In this document: one piece after another, positions 26,331 to 39,508 of the stretch
How positions within the stretch are numbered: position 1 is the stretch's first letter
Layout of the letters: every line of letters begins with the position of its first letter
Assembly: GCA_951406725.2 (NCBI GenBank)
Contig: OX597834.1
Span: forward strand, 30,752,001 to 30,816,000
Direction: 5' to 3'
Length of the DNA stretch: 64,000 nt
Source: Octopus vulgaris
Taxonomy: Eukaryota
Position numbers and translations under genes: made by a program
The notes under the pieces: generated by a model
Told to the model about the DNA's origin: nothing
Database searches by the model: none
The model's input: only the letters and a program-made list of their open reading frames with translations

Positions 26331-26729
26331 GGCGCAGGAGTGGTTGTGTGGTAAGTAGTTTGTATACCAACCACATGGTTCCGGGTTCAGTCCCACTGCG
26401 TGGCACTTTGGGCAAGTGTCTTCTACTATAGCCTCGGGCCGACCAAAGCCTTGTGAGTGGATTTGGTTGACGGAAACTGAAAGAAGTCCGTCGTATATAT
26501 GTATATATATGTGTGTGTGTTTGTGTGTCTGTGTTTGTCCCCCCAACATCGCTTGACAACCGATGCTGGTGTGTTTACGTCCCTGTTACTTAGCGGTTCG
26601 GCAAAAGAGACCGATAGAATAAGTACTGGGTTTACAAAAGAATAAGTCCCGGGGTCGAGTTGCTCGACTAAAGGCAGTGCTCCAGCATGGCCGCAGTCAA
26701 ATGACTGAAACAAGTAAACGAGTAAGAGT
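26331..26729 (+). mobile_element. SINE family A
   Basis: Full-length copy. Confidence 0.88.
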
Positions 26730-27814
26730 GAAGCAGATAGTGGAGAAAAGTAGTTGATGAAGGTAATTACATCTACGATTTTCACTGAATACTGGAGATG
26801 TGAGGAAAGAAGGCTGTGCTCAGTGCAAATTCCCATGATGTTTACCTTGTTTTGTAAAGGGTTTATTTAAAATTGGACAAAAAGCCAAACAAAAAAAAAA
26901 TCACTGGACAAAAAGACAGACGAAAAGACGTAGACAAAAAGACATCGGACGAAAAGTCAGGACACGCTAATTGACACCTGGTGTAGGTTATTTTACATTC
27001 CACCAACTTAGCAGATCAGCAAAAGTGTCTGACACAGTAAGAACCAAACATTAAAAAAAAAAAATAGTACATGGGTTGATTTGTTCAGTTAATCTCTTCC
27101 TGGAAATGCCCCAGCATGGCCACAGTCCAATGACTGAAACAAGATGAAAACAATACCAAGTCAGAGACATACAAACATTCACATACATAACAACATGTAC
27201 ACACACACACACACTTCATTTCTGTCGACCAAATCCACTCATAAGATTTTAGACAACCAGAAGCTTTCGTAGAAGACATTTGGCCGAGGTGTTGTGCAAC
27301 AGCACTAAACCAAAGACCACATGGCTGGCAAGCTTCTTAATCTCTCAGCCACACCTGCAGCTTTAATTCAGAAAAGTAATAGTCATTAGGAGCAACAAGG
27401 AGAAGACACAGCCAGACTTGAACCAGTAAACACAGAATGTTTGTTGAATGAATCATTTGGTGGGTTTGTACATTGTGACAGCCACACTGTCCTAGATATA
27501 CATGTACAGTATTTCACTGCGGGTCATACTAAAGCTTTGTAGAAAATCACCTGAGTTCCTCTTGATGACAATGTTTTTCTTCAAGGTCAAACTACACTGA
27601 ACAAAAGTTGTGATCAAAGGCATTTCAATTGTAACCGTCCCGTCTTAATTTCAGGCTATTTTTTAATTTCAAAAGTCCTGAGTATAAATAACTTTCAGCC
27701 GCATCCAATAGTGGTGTCCCATGTTTGGGAATTCTAAGGTCTTGAGGAATGTGGAATCACCTCTTAACCACTACTGTTCCCAAGTCTGTCTGACCTGGAG
27801 TGTTAGAAGCATGT

Positions 27815-28812
27815 ATAGGCTCTCAATTGGATTCATGTCAGGCGAATTTCCTGACCATGGAAGTACATTAACAACATTTTCAGCAAACCATGTCTTTACT
27901 GATTTTGCTGTATGGTATGGTGCTGAGTCTTGATGGAACATCTAATGCCTGTCTCCGTACCATTCCTGAACTTGTGGTATTAGTCTACTTCTAAGTACCG
28001 CTATGTAGCTCCCTTGATTATTTTCAGGCAACTCGCTTCATGGGCAGAAATTGTCCCCCAAACCATAATCTTCTGTGAAAATTTTAGTGTTTTTCGAAGA
28101 CAATCCAGACGAAATTCCTCACCAGGTCTCCTCACACTTTGCACCCAATCATCGAGCACTGCTATGGTGAATTCATTTGAAAGCACCACCAGCAACAACT
28201 GTAAACCATATTTGATTAATAGGACATCCAGAACAAGTTATTGTTTCAGTCTATGACAATCAGAAATTAATGACTATTTTAAAATAATCAAGCTGGTTTG
28301 ATGACTGAAATCAATAGTAACATCTTATTTTATCAATAATATCATGGATTCAATACATAAAGACTTTCATCCACTCTTTGAGATTAGTCTTATCTGCTCC
28401 CTTTGCTCAAAAGTCTATCACTATGAATTTTAGTCCATGCATGATATTTTTCCTTCAACGATATGCGTGTAATCCACCTTCCAAAAGTCTGTTGCTAATT
28501 GTTCTTCGATGCACAGTGATGTTCTCTTCTATTAATTCACAGGAAATCTTAACACAAGATGCTCTTCTATTATTCAGAGAAATTCTTTTTATTTTTTTAT
28601 CAATCCTAGGAGTTATTACTCATTTCCTACCACAATTACCAATCCTCTTTCCCCATCAAATCCTTGTTCTTTTCCATTTTCCTTAATTGCACTAATTATC
28701 TGAGTTGAAACAATTAGCTTCTTTGCAATTTCTCCTTGTTTAACTGAGGCATCCTTCAAATACACTTCTCTTCGTTTAATTTTACGGGGACTTGATCTCT
28801 TTGCTTACCCAT
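27815..28812 (-). mobile_element. Degraded Tc1-like transposase relic
   Basis: MGKQRD start at 28812, then RRPGEEF, KIMVWGTIS, HQDSAPYHTAKSVKTWF and LPWSGNSPDMNPIE (DD34E-type motif), with stops and frameshifts. Confidence 0.82.
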
Positions 28813-30142
28813 CTCAGCCTGGAATTGAAATAACGTTTTTTTACACTTTAAGTGCAACGCACAACATGGATTTGTAACTAATACAACACAGAGTAACTAA
28901 AAAGTCACTAGAACACAAACAAGCAACCTGCACCAACCACTGCTTGACTAAAACTGAAGGAAACATGGGCTGCAGCAGCTGGGCCGCATAATACAATTTA
29001 GTGTTGTCACACAACAGAAGCTCATTATTGCCAGATGTCACTGGAAACCCGTATAAGCCATTGTTAAAATCAGAGTCAGAGAATGTACAGTCGTAATTGT
29101 GTGAAAATTAATATGATTTAAACTCATTTGTCTCATTTAAATAACCAAACAAGCAAAATATATAGTGTTCTCAAAAATCCATAATAATGTTTCCAGTACT
29201 ATATATATATATATATATAGGCACGTAAAAGCACCATCCATCCGTGTCCGTTGTCAGCCTCGCCTTGGCCCCCCCCATGCCGGTGACACGTAAAAGCACC
29301 ATCCGTTCGTGGCCGTTTGCCAGCTCTGTCTGGCCCCCGTGTCGGTGGCACGTAAAAGCACCATCCGTTCGTGTCCGTTGCAAGCCTGGCCTGGCCCCCG
29401 TGCCGGTGACACGTAAAAGCACCATCCGTTTGTGGCCGTTTGCCAGCTCTGTCTGGCACCTGTGCGGGTGGCACGTAAAAAGCACCCACTACACTCACGG
29501 AGTGGTTGGCGTTAGGAAGGGCATCCAGCCGTAGAAACACTGCCAGATCTGACTGGGCCTGACGAAGCCTTCCAGCTTCACAGACCCCAGTTGAACCGTC
29601 CAACCCATGCTAGCATGGAAAGCGGACGCTAAATGATGATGATGATGATGATAGATGTAAAGGGAAAGTTTACGAAAATAAACAAGAGACGAAGGCAGGT
29701 GGAGTACAAGCAAACAAATGTATTAGTATGGCGCTCAGGAATAGAAATAGAAAAAGTCTTTTACGTTTCGAGCCTACGCTCTTCGACAGAAAGATACACA
29801 GAAAAGAAACAAGGAGAGAAAAAAATGCGTGTAGGAGCTAACGATCTATATATATATATATATAGTTATTATGTTAAACTGTTGTGTGTCCAAATTTGGC
29901 CAAATGCGTTTCTTTTCATTATTTATTTTTGTTTGCAATACCCGGTTCTTTTGGTCAAACTATCATATCTCCAGATGCTTCAGATACCAAGATATCAAAA
30001 ATTGGCAAAGTGTAATACAACGGTTTTGCTATGTAATGGTGAAACTATATTTTCATTTTCTGAAAAAACAACATTTTGGACTTACGACACTTTTGTATAA
30101 TAGCAACAATATATACATGTGTATATATATATATATATATAT

Positions 30143-30531
30143 TACTTGTTTCATTTATTAAACTTTAGGCACGTTGAGACACCACCGATGAGAACTTTCA
30201 GTTGAATGAATTGATCCCAGGATTCTTATTTTTTTAAGTCTGGTACCTATCCTATTGATCTTTTCACCGAATCACTAAATTATGGAGATGTAAACACACC
30301 AACACCGGTTGTCAAGCAGTGGTGGGGGACAAAGACACACACAAAGATTATATATATATATATATACACACTGGGTTTTTTCCAGTTTCTGTCTACCAGA
30401 TCAACTGACAAGGCTTTGGTTGGTCCAAGGCTATAGTAGAAGACACTTGCCCAAGGTGTCATGCAGTGGGACTGAACCCAAAACCATGTGGTTGGGAAGC
30501 TAGCTTCTTACCACACAGCCATGCCTGCGCC
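30143..30531 (-). mobile_element. SINE family A, older diverged copy
   Basis: Same layout with many substitutions. Confidence 0.7.
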
Positions 30532-31283
30532 TATACATATACGTATATACACATACACACACATACATTAACTGTATGTTTCATTCTCTTTAAGAGTCTC
30601 AAGTGGTTTCCAATCCAGTCATCAGCTCTTTGCATAATACATCCTGCTGCTCTCCCAGATTAGTGAGGATAATGGAGACAGGGATGGCACCACTTGTCCC
30701 AAGCACACTTCAGAAATGAAGTGACATCCTATTGTCTGGATGGTTGAGTCAGAAGAACAATCCAAATGGACTACCATTCACTGTTTATGTTTTTGTTTTG
30801 TTTTGTTTCGTTTGTTTCTCACCCCCCTAATTTCATTACTTATAACATGTGACCAGGCAAGAACATTCATAATCATCCACTTTCCCATGCTTAAATGGGA
30901 GACAAAATTTGTTGAGTCAGATGCCTTCCCAGTCACCAACCCTCGCCTGTTTCTAAGCAAAGCAATATTTCTCCAGGACCAGACATGGTTGTGTGGAATA
31001 GTGGAAATGGAGGACACCACTTCCGTTATGGGGACAATAACTGACACATACACACACACACATGCACAAACTTCTTACAACAGCCAAGCCTGCACTCAGG
31101 ACATTTTCAAGACAATTTTTTTATCTCTTCCAAATAGAGTAGATACAGAAGAAATTGTCCTAATAATGATATCTGATCAAAAAAAAAAAAACATTAACCA
31201 TTTTGAACATACACCTTCACAAGTATACAGTAATCTTTCTGGGCATCTCAGACATTTTTGGAAGCATTTCAGACATTTTTGGA

Positions 31284-31351
<68 letters not shown>

Positions 31352-31354
<3 letters not shown>

Positions 31355-31660
31355 GAGGCGCAATGGTCCTATGGTTAGGGCAGTGAACTCAGAGTCGAAG
31401 GATCGTAGTTTCAATTCCCAGACCGGGTGTTGTGTGTGTATATTGAGCGAAAACACCTAAAAGCTCCACAAGGCTCTGGCAGGGGGTCGACCCCTGTTGT
31501 ACTCTTTTGCCCCAACTTACTCTCACTCTTTCTTCCTGTTTCTTGAGTAACGCAGCGATGGACTTGCATCCTGTGCAGATGGGGGGGGGGACACATACGC
31601 CGCAGAAACCGGGAAACCGGGTCCATGGACCTGGCTAGGCTTGAAAAGGGTGCAAAAGAA
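31352..31660 (+). mobile_element. SINE with family-B-like head and a different body
   Basis: GTGGAGGCGCAATGG head; body related to 50195-50510. Confidence 0.65.
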
Positions 31661-31831
31661 GTGTTGTTAAATCAGCCTTGTTCTATGATCATTATTTTCG
31701 TTTATGTGGATTGGTAAAGATTAAACATACTCCGCTTTAGAAATGTATTAATTTGTGCCTATATCTGTTGGATAAAACCATGTTCTTTATTTTTTTTCTT
31801 TAATTTTCATTCTATAAACATATTTAAGCAT

Positions 31832-32253
31832 GACGCAGGAGTGGCTGTGTGGTAAGTAGCTTGCTTACCAACCACATGGTTCCAGGTTCAGTCCCACTGC
31901 GTGGCATCTTGGGCAAGTGTCTTCTACTATAGCCCCGGGCCAACCAATGCCTTGTGAGAGGATTTGGTAGATGGAAACTGAAAGAAGCCTGTCGTATATA
32001 TGTATATATATATATGTGTGAGTGTGTGTGTGTATGTTTGTGTGTCTGTGTTTGCCCCCCCCCCCCTCGCATTGCTTGACAACCAATGCTGGTGTGTTTA
32101 TGTCCCCGTCACTTAGTGGTTTGGCAAAAGAGACCGATAGAATAAGTACTGGGCTTACAAAGAATAAGTCCCAGGGTCGATTTGCTCCACTAAAGGCAGT
32201 GCTCCAGCATGGCCGCAGTCAAATGACTGAAACAAGTAAAAGAGTAAAGAGTA
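31832..32253 (+). mobile_element. SINE family A
   Basis: Full-length copy. Confidence 0.88.
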
Positions 32254-32658
32254 CGGTACAACATGATGTTTTCAGGATTTTAAATATCAAACACCTTACT
32301 TTAGGGCTGCATTTATTTGTACCGGTACCAAATGAAATCATGTTCTTTACTTGTCATTGTTTAATTTTCATCCTATAAAGATCACACAATATACATGGTA
32401 CAGTATGACACATTTTTGAAAATTTTAAATGGATTAATATCCAGCAGATCCTGCTTTAGAAGAGTCTTAATTTAAATCCGTTAAGTACAATTTAGTTCTT
32501 CACTTTTCATAGTATATCAACTGTCACCAAAAAACCAGAAAATCCAAAATCCAGGAAAGTTCCAGTCTCAAGTTTGCCAGATGGTAGATAATTGGTTTGG
32601 TACTGTATAAGAGAATACAACTATTAACGCTCTCTTTCTCTCTCTCTCACACAAACAC

Positions 32659-33061
32659 GTGGTAAGTAGCTTGCTAACCAACCACATGGTTCCGGGTTCA
32701 GTCCCACTGCGTGGCATCTTGGGCAAGTGTCTTCTGCTATAGCCCCGGGCCGACCAAAGCCTTGTGAGTGGATTTGGTAGACGGAAACTGAAAGAAGCCT
32801 GTCGTATATATGTATATATATATATATATATATGTATATGTGTGTGTGTTTGTGTCTCTGTGTTTGTCCCTCTAGCATTGTTTGACAACCGATGCTGGTG
32901 TGTTTATGTCCCCGTTACTTAGCGGTTCGGCAAAAGAGACCGATAGAATAAGTACTGGGCTTACAAAAGAATAAGTCCCGGAGTCGAGTTGCTCAATTAA
33001 AGGCGGTGCTCCAGCATGGCCGCAGTCAAAAGACTGAAACAAGTAAAAGAGTATAAGAGTA
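32659..33061 (+). mobile_element. SINE family A, slightly 5'-truncated
   Basis: Begins at GTGGTAAGTAGC. Confidence 0.85.
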
Positions 33062-33289
33062 ACACCAAAAAAAAAGGAGGGTCTCAAAGTGCAGAATCGC
33101 AAACATTTACCCACCTACACTGATTTAAGGGGTCAGTGTAACAGAAAGATAAACACATCTGTCACCAAAACACACAAATCAACGCGGGCTCGAGTTTACA
33201 TTGGTGTCTGACCCTGACCTGCTAGAAATAGCAACCAAATCACATCCTCACTGTCCTTGGAAAGCGTAGTGGATGATATAGACCTACAC

Positions 33290-33894
33290 AAGGCGGCGAG
33301 CTGGCAGAAACGTTAGCACACCGGGCGAAATGTGTAAGCCGTATTTCGTCTGCCGCTATGTTCTGAGTTCAAATTCCGCCGAGGTCGACTTTGCCTTTCA
33401 TCCTTTCGGGGTCGATTAAATAAGTACCAGTTACGCACTGGGAGTCGATGTAATCAGCTTAATCCGTTTGTCTGTCCTTGTCTGTCCTCTCTGTGTTTAG
33501 CTCCTTGTGGGTAGTAAAGAAATAGATATTTCGTCTGCCGCTACGTTCTGAGTTCAAATTCCGCCGAGGTCGACTTTGCCCTTCATCCTTTCGGGGTCGA
33601 TTAAACAAGTACCAGTTACGCACTGGGAGTCGATGTAATCAGCTTAATCCGTTTGTCTGTCCTTGTTTGTCCTCTCTGTGTTTAGCTCCTTGTGGGTAAT
33701 AAAGAAATAGATATTTCGTCTGCCGCTACGTTCTGAGTTCAAATTCTGCCGAGGTCGACTTTGCCTTTCATCCTTTCGGGGTCGATTAAATAAGTACCAG
33801 TTACGCACTGGGAGTCGATGTAATCAGCTTAATCCGTTTGTCTGTCCTTGTTTGTCCTCTCTGTGTTTAGCTCCTTGTGGGTAGTAAGGAAATA
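33290..33894 (+). mobile_element. SINE family C trimer (one head + three 185-bp bodies)
   Basis: Units start at 33342, 33527 and 33712; 14-bp TSD GATATAGACCTACA. Confidence 0.9.
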
Positions 33895-34692
33895 GATATA
33901 GACCTACAGCTCTAAAATGACAGGATGGCCATAACTGGGGTAAATTTTTATCATAGATGTGTTTGATTAAGGTTTAAACTGAATTTAAGCAATACAAAGA
34001 AGTTAATGTAATAAAAATTTGTACACTATTGATCTAATGGAGTTTTTTTATTCAACTCACCCCATTTACTAACACATACACTGCAATATAAATATATAAT
34101 AACTGGCAGACAGTAATTAAACAAACAAAAATTAACAGTTTAGTTACAATGGAGAAACAGGTTTCTACACACACACACACATATACACATACAAGTGTAG
34201 TTATTGTGTGTATGTATGCGCACCTTTATCCAGAGTGTGTGTGTGTGTGTGCGAATGCTGTGTAATCGGAACCTAACAGAAACGAATGATCAGCAAATAT
34301 GCTTATAATACATGCATATTTATAGACAGTATGTGTTAGTGAGAGACAGTGAGAGAGAGCTGTGTGTGTGAGTGTGTGTGTATGTGGGTCAGTAGTTCAT
34401 ATATCCGAAGAGGGAAGCACACTAAAACATCAGAGCAGTAACATTTAGGCTGTTTGCCTTATGACGAGTAGCCTATACAGCTAAGAGATTTAGTAGTGCA
34501 AAACCAATGGTCACTCTCTGACTGGCCATAACAAACAACCTCCAAAATGTGTGGGTCCGCAAGCGGCTGCCTTTACAAGAAAGGTGACAGCGGCCTGCCA
34601 GCCTTCGCCGGACTGTCTGGCGAGCTTCTTTCAGTTTCTGTCCGTCCAAATCCACTCAAAAGTCTTTGCTTCGCTCGGGGTTATAGAAGATA

Positions 34693-34921
34693 TATTTCTT
34701 TACTACCCACAAGGGGCTAAACACAGAGGGGACAAACAAGGACAGACAAACGGATTAAGTCGATTACATCAACCCCAGTGCGTAACTGGTACTTAATTTA
34801 TCAACCCCCGAAAGGATGAAAGGCAAAGTGGACCTCGGCGGAATTTGAACTCAGAACGTAGCGGCAGACGAAATACGGCTACGCATTTCACCCGGCGTGC
34901 TAACGATTCTGCCAGCTCGCC
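34693..34921 (-). mobile_element. SINE family C monomer nested in an older family-A-like SINE
   Basis: Flanked by the duplicated sequence CGGGGTTATAGAAGATA. Confidence 0.82.
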
Positions 34922-35040
34922 GGGGTTATAGAAGATACTCGAAGTGCGGGGCAGTGGGACTGAACCTGGAACCATGTGGTTGGGAAGCAAACTTCTTACC
35001 ACACAGCCATATACGTACACATACGTATATATATGGACAC

Positions 35041-35424
35041 GTGGAGGCGCAATGGCCCAGTGGTTAGGGCAGCAGACTCGCGGTCGTAGGATCGCGGTTT
35101 CGATTCCCAGACCGGGCGTTGTGAGTGTTTATTGAGCGAAAACACCTAAAAGCTCCACGAGGCTCCGGCAGGGATGGTGGTGATCCCTGCTGTACTCTTT
35201 CACCACAACTTTCTCTCACTCTTACTTCCTGTTTCTGTTGTACCTGTATTTCAAAGGGCCGGCCTTGTCACTCTCTCTGTCACGCTGAATATCCCTGAGA
35301 ACTACGTTAAGGGTACACGTGTCTGTGGAGTGCTCAGCCACTTACACGTTAATTTCACGAGCAGGCTGTTCCGTTGATCGGATCAACCGGAACCCTCGTC
35401 GTCATAACCGACGGAGTGCTTCCA
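35041..35424 (+). mobile_element. tRNA-derived SINE, family B
   Basis: Full-length copy closely matching 2270-2658 and 49052-49435. Confidence 0.88.
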
Positions 35425-36484
35425 CCCCATATAAGGACACACACATATTACATACGATAAGTTTCAAACGTGAACTGGACTCTGTATTCCATGTAATTCA
35501 CTTTACCACCAAAACGGTTCAAATTAACGAAGGGAGGAGGTACTTCAATGTGACTGCTAGACCTGCTAGAAATAGCAGCAAAGGCTCGCTTAAACCACAC
35601 CGGTCGTTTTTCTTTATTTATTTGTAAGACACAGAATAACATTATCCATCAGTGTACATTATTCATCATCATCATTTAGCGTCCGCTTTCTATGCTAGCA
35701 TGGGTTGGACGGTTCAACTGGGGTCTGTGAAGCCAGAAGGCTGCACCAGGCCCAGTCTGATCTGGCAGTGTTTCTACGGCTGGATGCCCTTCCTAACGCC
35801 AACCACTCCGTGAGTGTAGTGGGTGCTTTTTATGTGCCACCCGCACAGGTGCCAGACGGAGCTGGCAAACGGCCACGGACAGATGGTGCTTTTTACGTGC
35901 CACCGGCTGAAAAAACGAAATATTACACACATAAAAGCGGAGGTAAAGAATACGCACACCACCCGTTTTCGGCGTGACCCTAACCCTAAACACCGGGTGT
36001 AAATTCAAACGTGATGACCATGACTTGATTGTCTCTGATCATGGTGTGAGCGGGTGGGGGCTGGGGGAAGAGAAAAGGTTGGTTGATTCCAAACCAACAA
36101 CATCATTACTATTAAAACCAGTATTTATTAGCATTATCAAACATCTTTAATTCATCAACATTTCGTTATATCATCCACTTTTATCAACACCATCACATCA
36201 ACCATCAGTGATAAAAATCATTAGCGTCAAGCTTGCCTATCTTTAATTACTACCAGCACCGTTAATAATCATCAAGGAACAGGACTACTTTAAAGTATAT
36301 GAGCCAGTAATGGTTTAGTGAAGTCTCCATGAGCAGCTCTAGGAAGTTTCCCCGTTTGGGGGGCGATGAGGGGGGTATATTCATTGCTGATATTTATATC
36401 TGCTATCGCTGTTCTTTTTATAAGCCCCTTATGTAACCCCCACATGGCATCGACTTGTACTGGCCACAATGTTATAGTGGGTAA

Positions 36485-36524
<40 letters not shown>

Positions 36525-37319
36525 TTTCAGCGGGATAGCGGAATTGTTAACACGCCGGACAAAATGCTTAGAAGCATTTCTTCCAGTTTTCTGTCCCGAG
36601 TTCAAATTCCGCCGAAGCCGACTTTGCCTTTCACTCTTTTGGGGGCCGATGAAATAAGCATCAGTTGCGTACAGGGTTCGATATAATCGACTAACCTCTC
36701 CTCCCGGAATTTCAGACCTTGTGAAAGGATTATTATAATTATTATTATTAGTAGTAGTGGTGGTGGTGGTGGTGGTAGGCCTGTGAATTGGTAGAATGGT
36801 TAGTGTAGGATGTTAGGTCTTGTGGTATTTTGCAATCTAAGTTCGAATAGCGCTGAGGTCAATTTTGTGCCTTTCATCCTGTCTGGGTCGATAAAATAAA
36901 GTACTAGTCAAGTACTGGAGTCCAAGTAATCGACTTGCTCCACCACCACCACCACCACTAAAATAGATGCTAGATGAAGAACTAATTATCATTAAAACCT
37001 CCGACTGACAGATATATATCCATATAGTATTAAGAGTTTTTTCAACTCTTATTTAAATTTTTCTTTAATGGTTACATTGCGCTTAGCTGTTTATATTAAT
37101 TTATACATATGTGGTTGGTGTTAGGAAGGGTTTATATATATATACAAGGGCATCCAGCCGTAGAAACTCTGCCAGATCAGACTGGAGCCTGGAGCAGCCC
37201 CTGGCTTCCCAGACCCCGGTCGAACCGTCCAACCCGTGCTAGCGCGGAAAATGGACGTTAAACGATGATGATGATGATATGTGTGTGTGCGCACATGTTT
37301 GTTTTTATATGAAGTAATA

Positions 37320-37721
37320 ATTATTTCTAGTCTAGGCACAAGGCCTCGAAAATTTTGGGGGTAAGGGGGCTAGTAAATTACGTCAACCCCAGTGCGTAAC
37401 TGGTACTTATTTCATTGACTCCGAAAGGATGAAAGGCTAAGTCGACCTCGGTGGAATTTGAACTCAGAACGTAGCGACGGGCGAAATACCTATTTCTTTA
37501 CTACCCACAAGGGGCTGAACACAAAGGGGGCAAACAAGGACAGACAAACGGATTAAGTCGATTATATCGACCCCAGTGCGTAACTGGTACTTATTTAATC
37601 GACCCCGAAAGGATGAAAGGCAAAGTCGACCTCGGTGGAATTTGAACTCACAACGTAACGGCAGACGAAATACTGCTAAGCATTTCACCCGGCGTGCTAA
37701 CGATTCTGCCAGCTCGCCGCC
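37320..37721 (-). mobile_element. SINE family C dimer (chimeric tail types)
   Basis: Internal junction GAAATACCTATTTC at ~37483-37496. Confidence 0.8.
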
Positions 37722-38909
37722 AAACTGAATGATTATTCAATACTTTTTAGTAGAGTACATATTTGTTATGTTTTTACAATGAGAGTAGTAGAGTTTATGT
37801 TTGGATAAGGTTGTTATTACTTGACTGTACACAAAACAATACTACCACCATTAACTACAATCTCTGAATATTTGTTACCTTACCTAACTTAAAACAAACT
37901 GTCTGTCTGCCAAGTTTCGGCCTACTAACCTTCATCAGACAGAAACAGTCTGATGAAAGCGAGCAAGCCGAAACCTCAAAGTCCTTGTCGCCACTCTTTT
38001 TGTAAACAGCATAATTCTATATATATATATATCTGTTTGTATAACGTGTGTACATGTGTGTGTGAGAGAGACTATGATAAACACAAGTTCATGGAATTTG
38101 TTCCCTACGCATGTTTCCCCGTTGTGATTGTTTGAACGTCTGCAACCACATGGCACCTTGGGAAAGTGTCTGCTACTATACCCTCAGACCCACCAAAGCC
38201 TTGTGAATGGATTTGGTAGACGGTATATAATGTGTGTGTGTGTGTGTCTATGTCTGTGTGTGCGCGCGCGCACCCCACCAGCTATTGTCAACCGGTGTTG
38301 GTCTGTTTACGTCCCTGCAACTTAGCATTTCGACAAAATGAACCGATAGAATAACGAGCTTTAAAAAAGTAAAAAGTAACTAGGACCGATTCATTCGACT
38401 GAAATTCAAGGCGGTGCCCCAGCACGGCCGCAGTTTAATGGCAAGTAAAACACACACACATACACACCCGGTAATTCCACTTTAATCGCCCAAGTCCTTC
38501 CCTATAACAAACCCCCCTCTTTGTGTCTCGTCGGAATTTAATCATTATTATACAATTCAATGACAAAATAGTTTTACTGATAATAATAGTGAAGCTTCTT
38601 AACCCCAGACTTAAGAAGATTAACCAACTAAATAATAAACAAAAGCTCACAGCAACAATAAAAAGTGGAACTTTATTCAACAGCATTAGCGCAATAGGGT
38701 GGTGAAATAACGATTTTCGAAAGTCCGAGAAACAGAGAGAGGAGAGAGAAGAGAGATAGCAGTGATAGAGAAAGGCAGACAGACATACAGAGAGAGACAG
38801 ATAGACAGAGAGAGACGGATAGACAGAGATATAGAAAGACAGACAGACAGACAGTGAGAGATTACATGAACACGCGTAGATTTTGTGTAGGTGTTCAAGC
38901 ATTATACAA

Positions 38910-38934
38910 ATATACACACACACATATCTACATA

Positions 38935-38998
<64 letters not shown>

Positions 38999-39013
38999 TG
39001 TATGTATGTGTGG

Positions 39014-39057
<44 letters not shown>

Positions 39058-39198
39058 GTATGTATGAATGTGTTGGTGTTTTATATATATATATATATCT
39101 GTATGTATGAATGTGTTGGTGTTTATATATATATATATCTGTATGTATGAATGTGTTGGTGTTTATATATATATATCTGTATGTATGAATGTGTTGGT

Positions 39199-39237
<39 letters not shown>

Positions 39238-39290
39238 AATGTGTTGTGTGTTTATATATATATATATATATATATATCTGTATGTATGAA

Positions 39291-39344
<54 letters not shown>

Positions 39345-39400
39345 TATGTATGAATGTGTTGGTGTTTATATATATATACATACACAAACACACACACATT
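38910..39400. repeat. (TA)n/(TATG)n microsatellite with higher-order unit just inside CNK intron 1
   Basis: Repeated TATCTGTATGTATGAATGTGTTGGTGTT(TA)n. Confidence 0.85.
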
Positions 39401-39508
39401 GACAAACTCCAAGTTACAAATATAAACAAGTCGAGTAAGAGAGATGATGATAATAATAATAATAATAATAACAAACAAAAATAATTAAAAACAAAAAGGT
39501 TTAATTAC

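Noticed and set aside
30740-31378. 212-aa ORF
   Set aside because: No recognisable domain; assembled from repeat fragments and a (TA)n tract.
35041-35112. tRNA-like sequences at SINE heads (also 49052, 11100, 33290)
   Set aside because: They run directly into repeat bodies, several with TSDs; they are tRNA-derived SINE heads, not tRNA genes.
35975-35990. CCCTAACCCTAA as a telomeric site
   Set aside because: Only two units; expected by chance or from a repeat fragment.
38854-39484. Many ORFs rich in YI/CV/HT repeats here and throughout the window
   Set aside because: They are translations of TA, TG and CA microsatellites.
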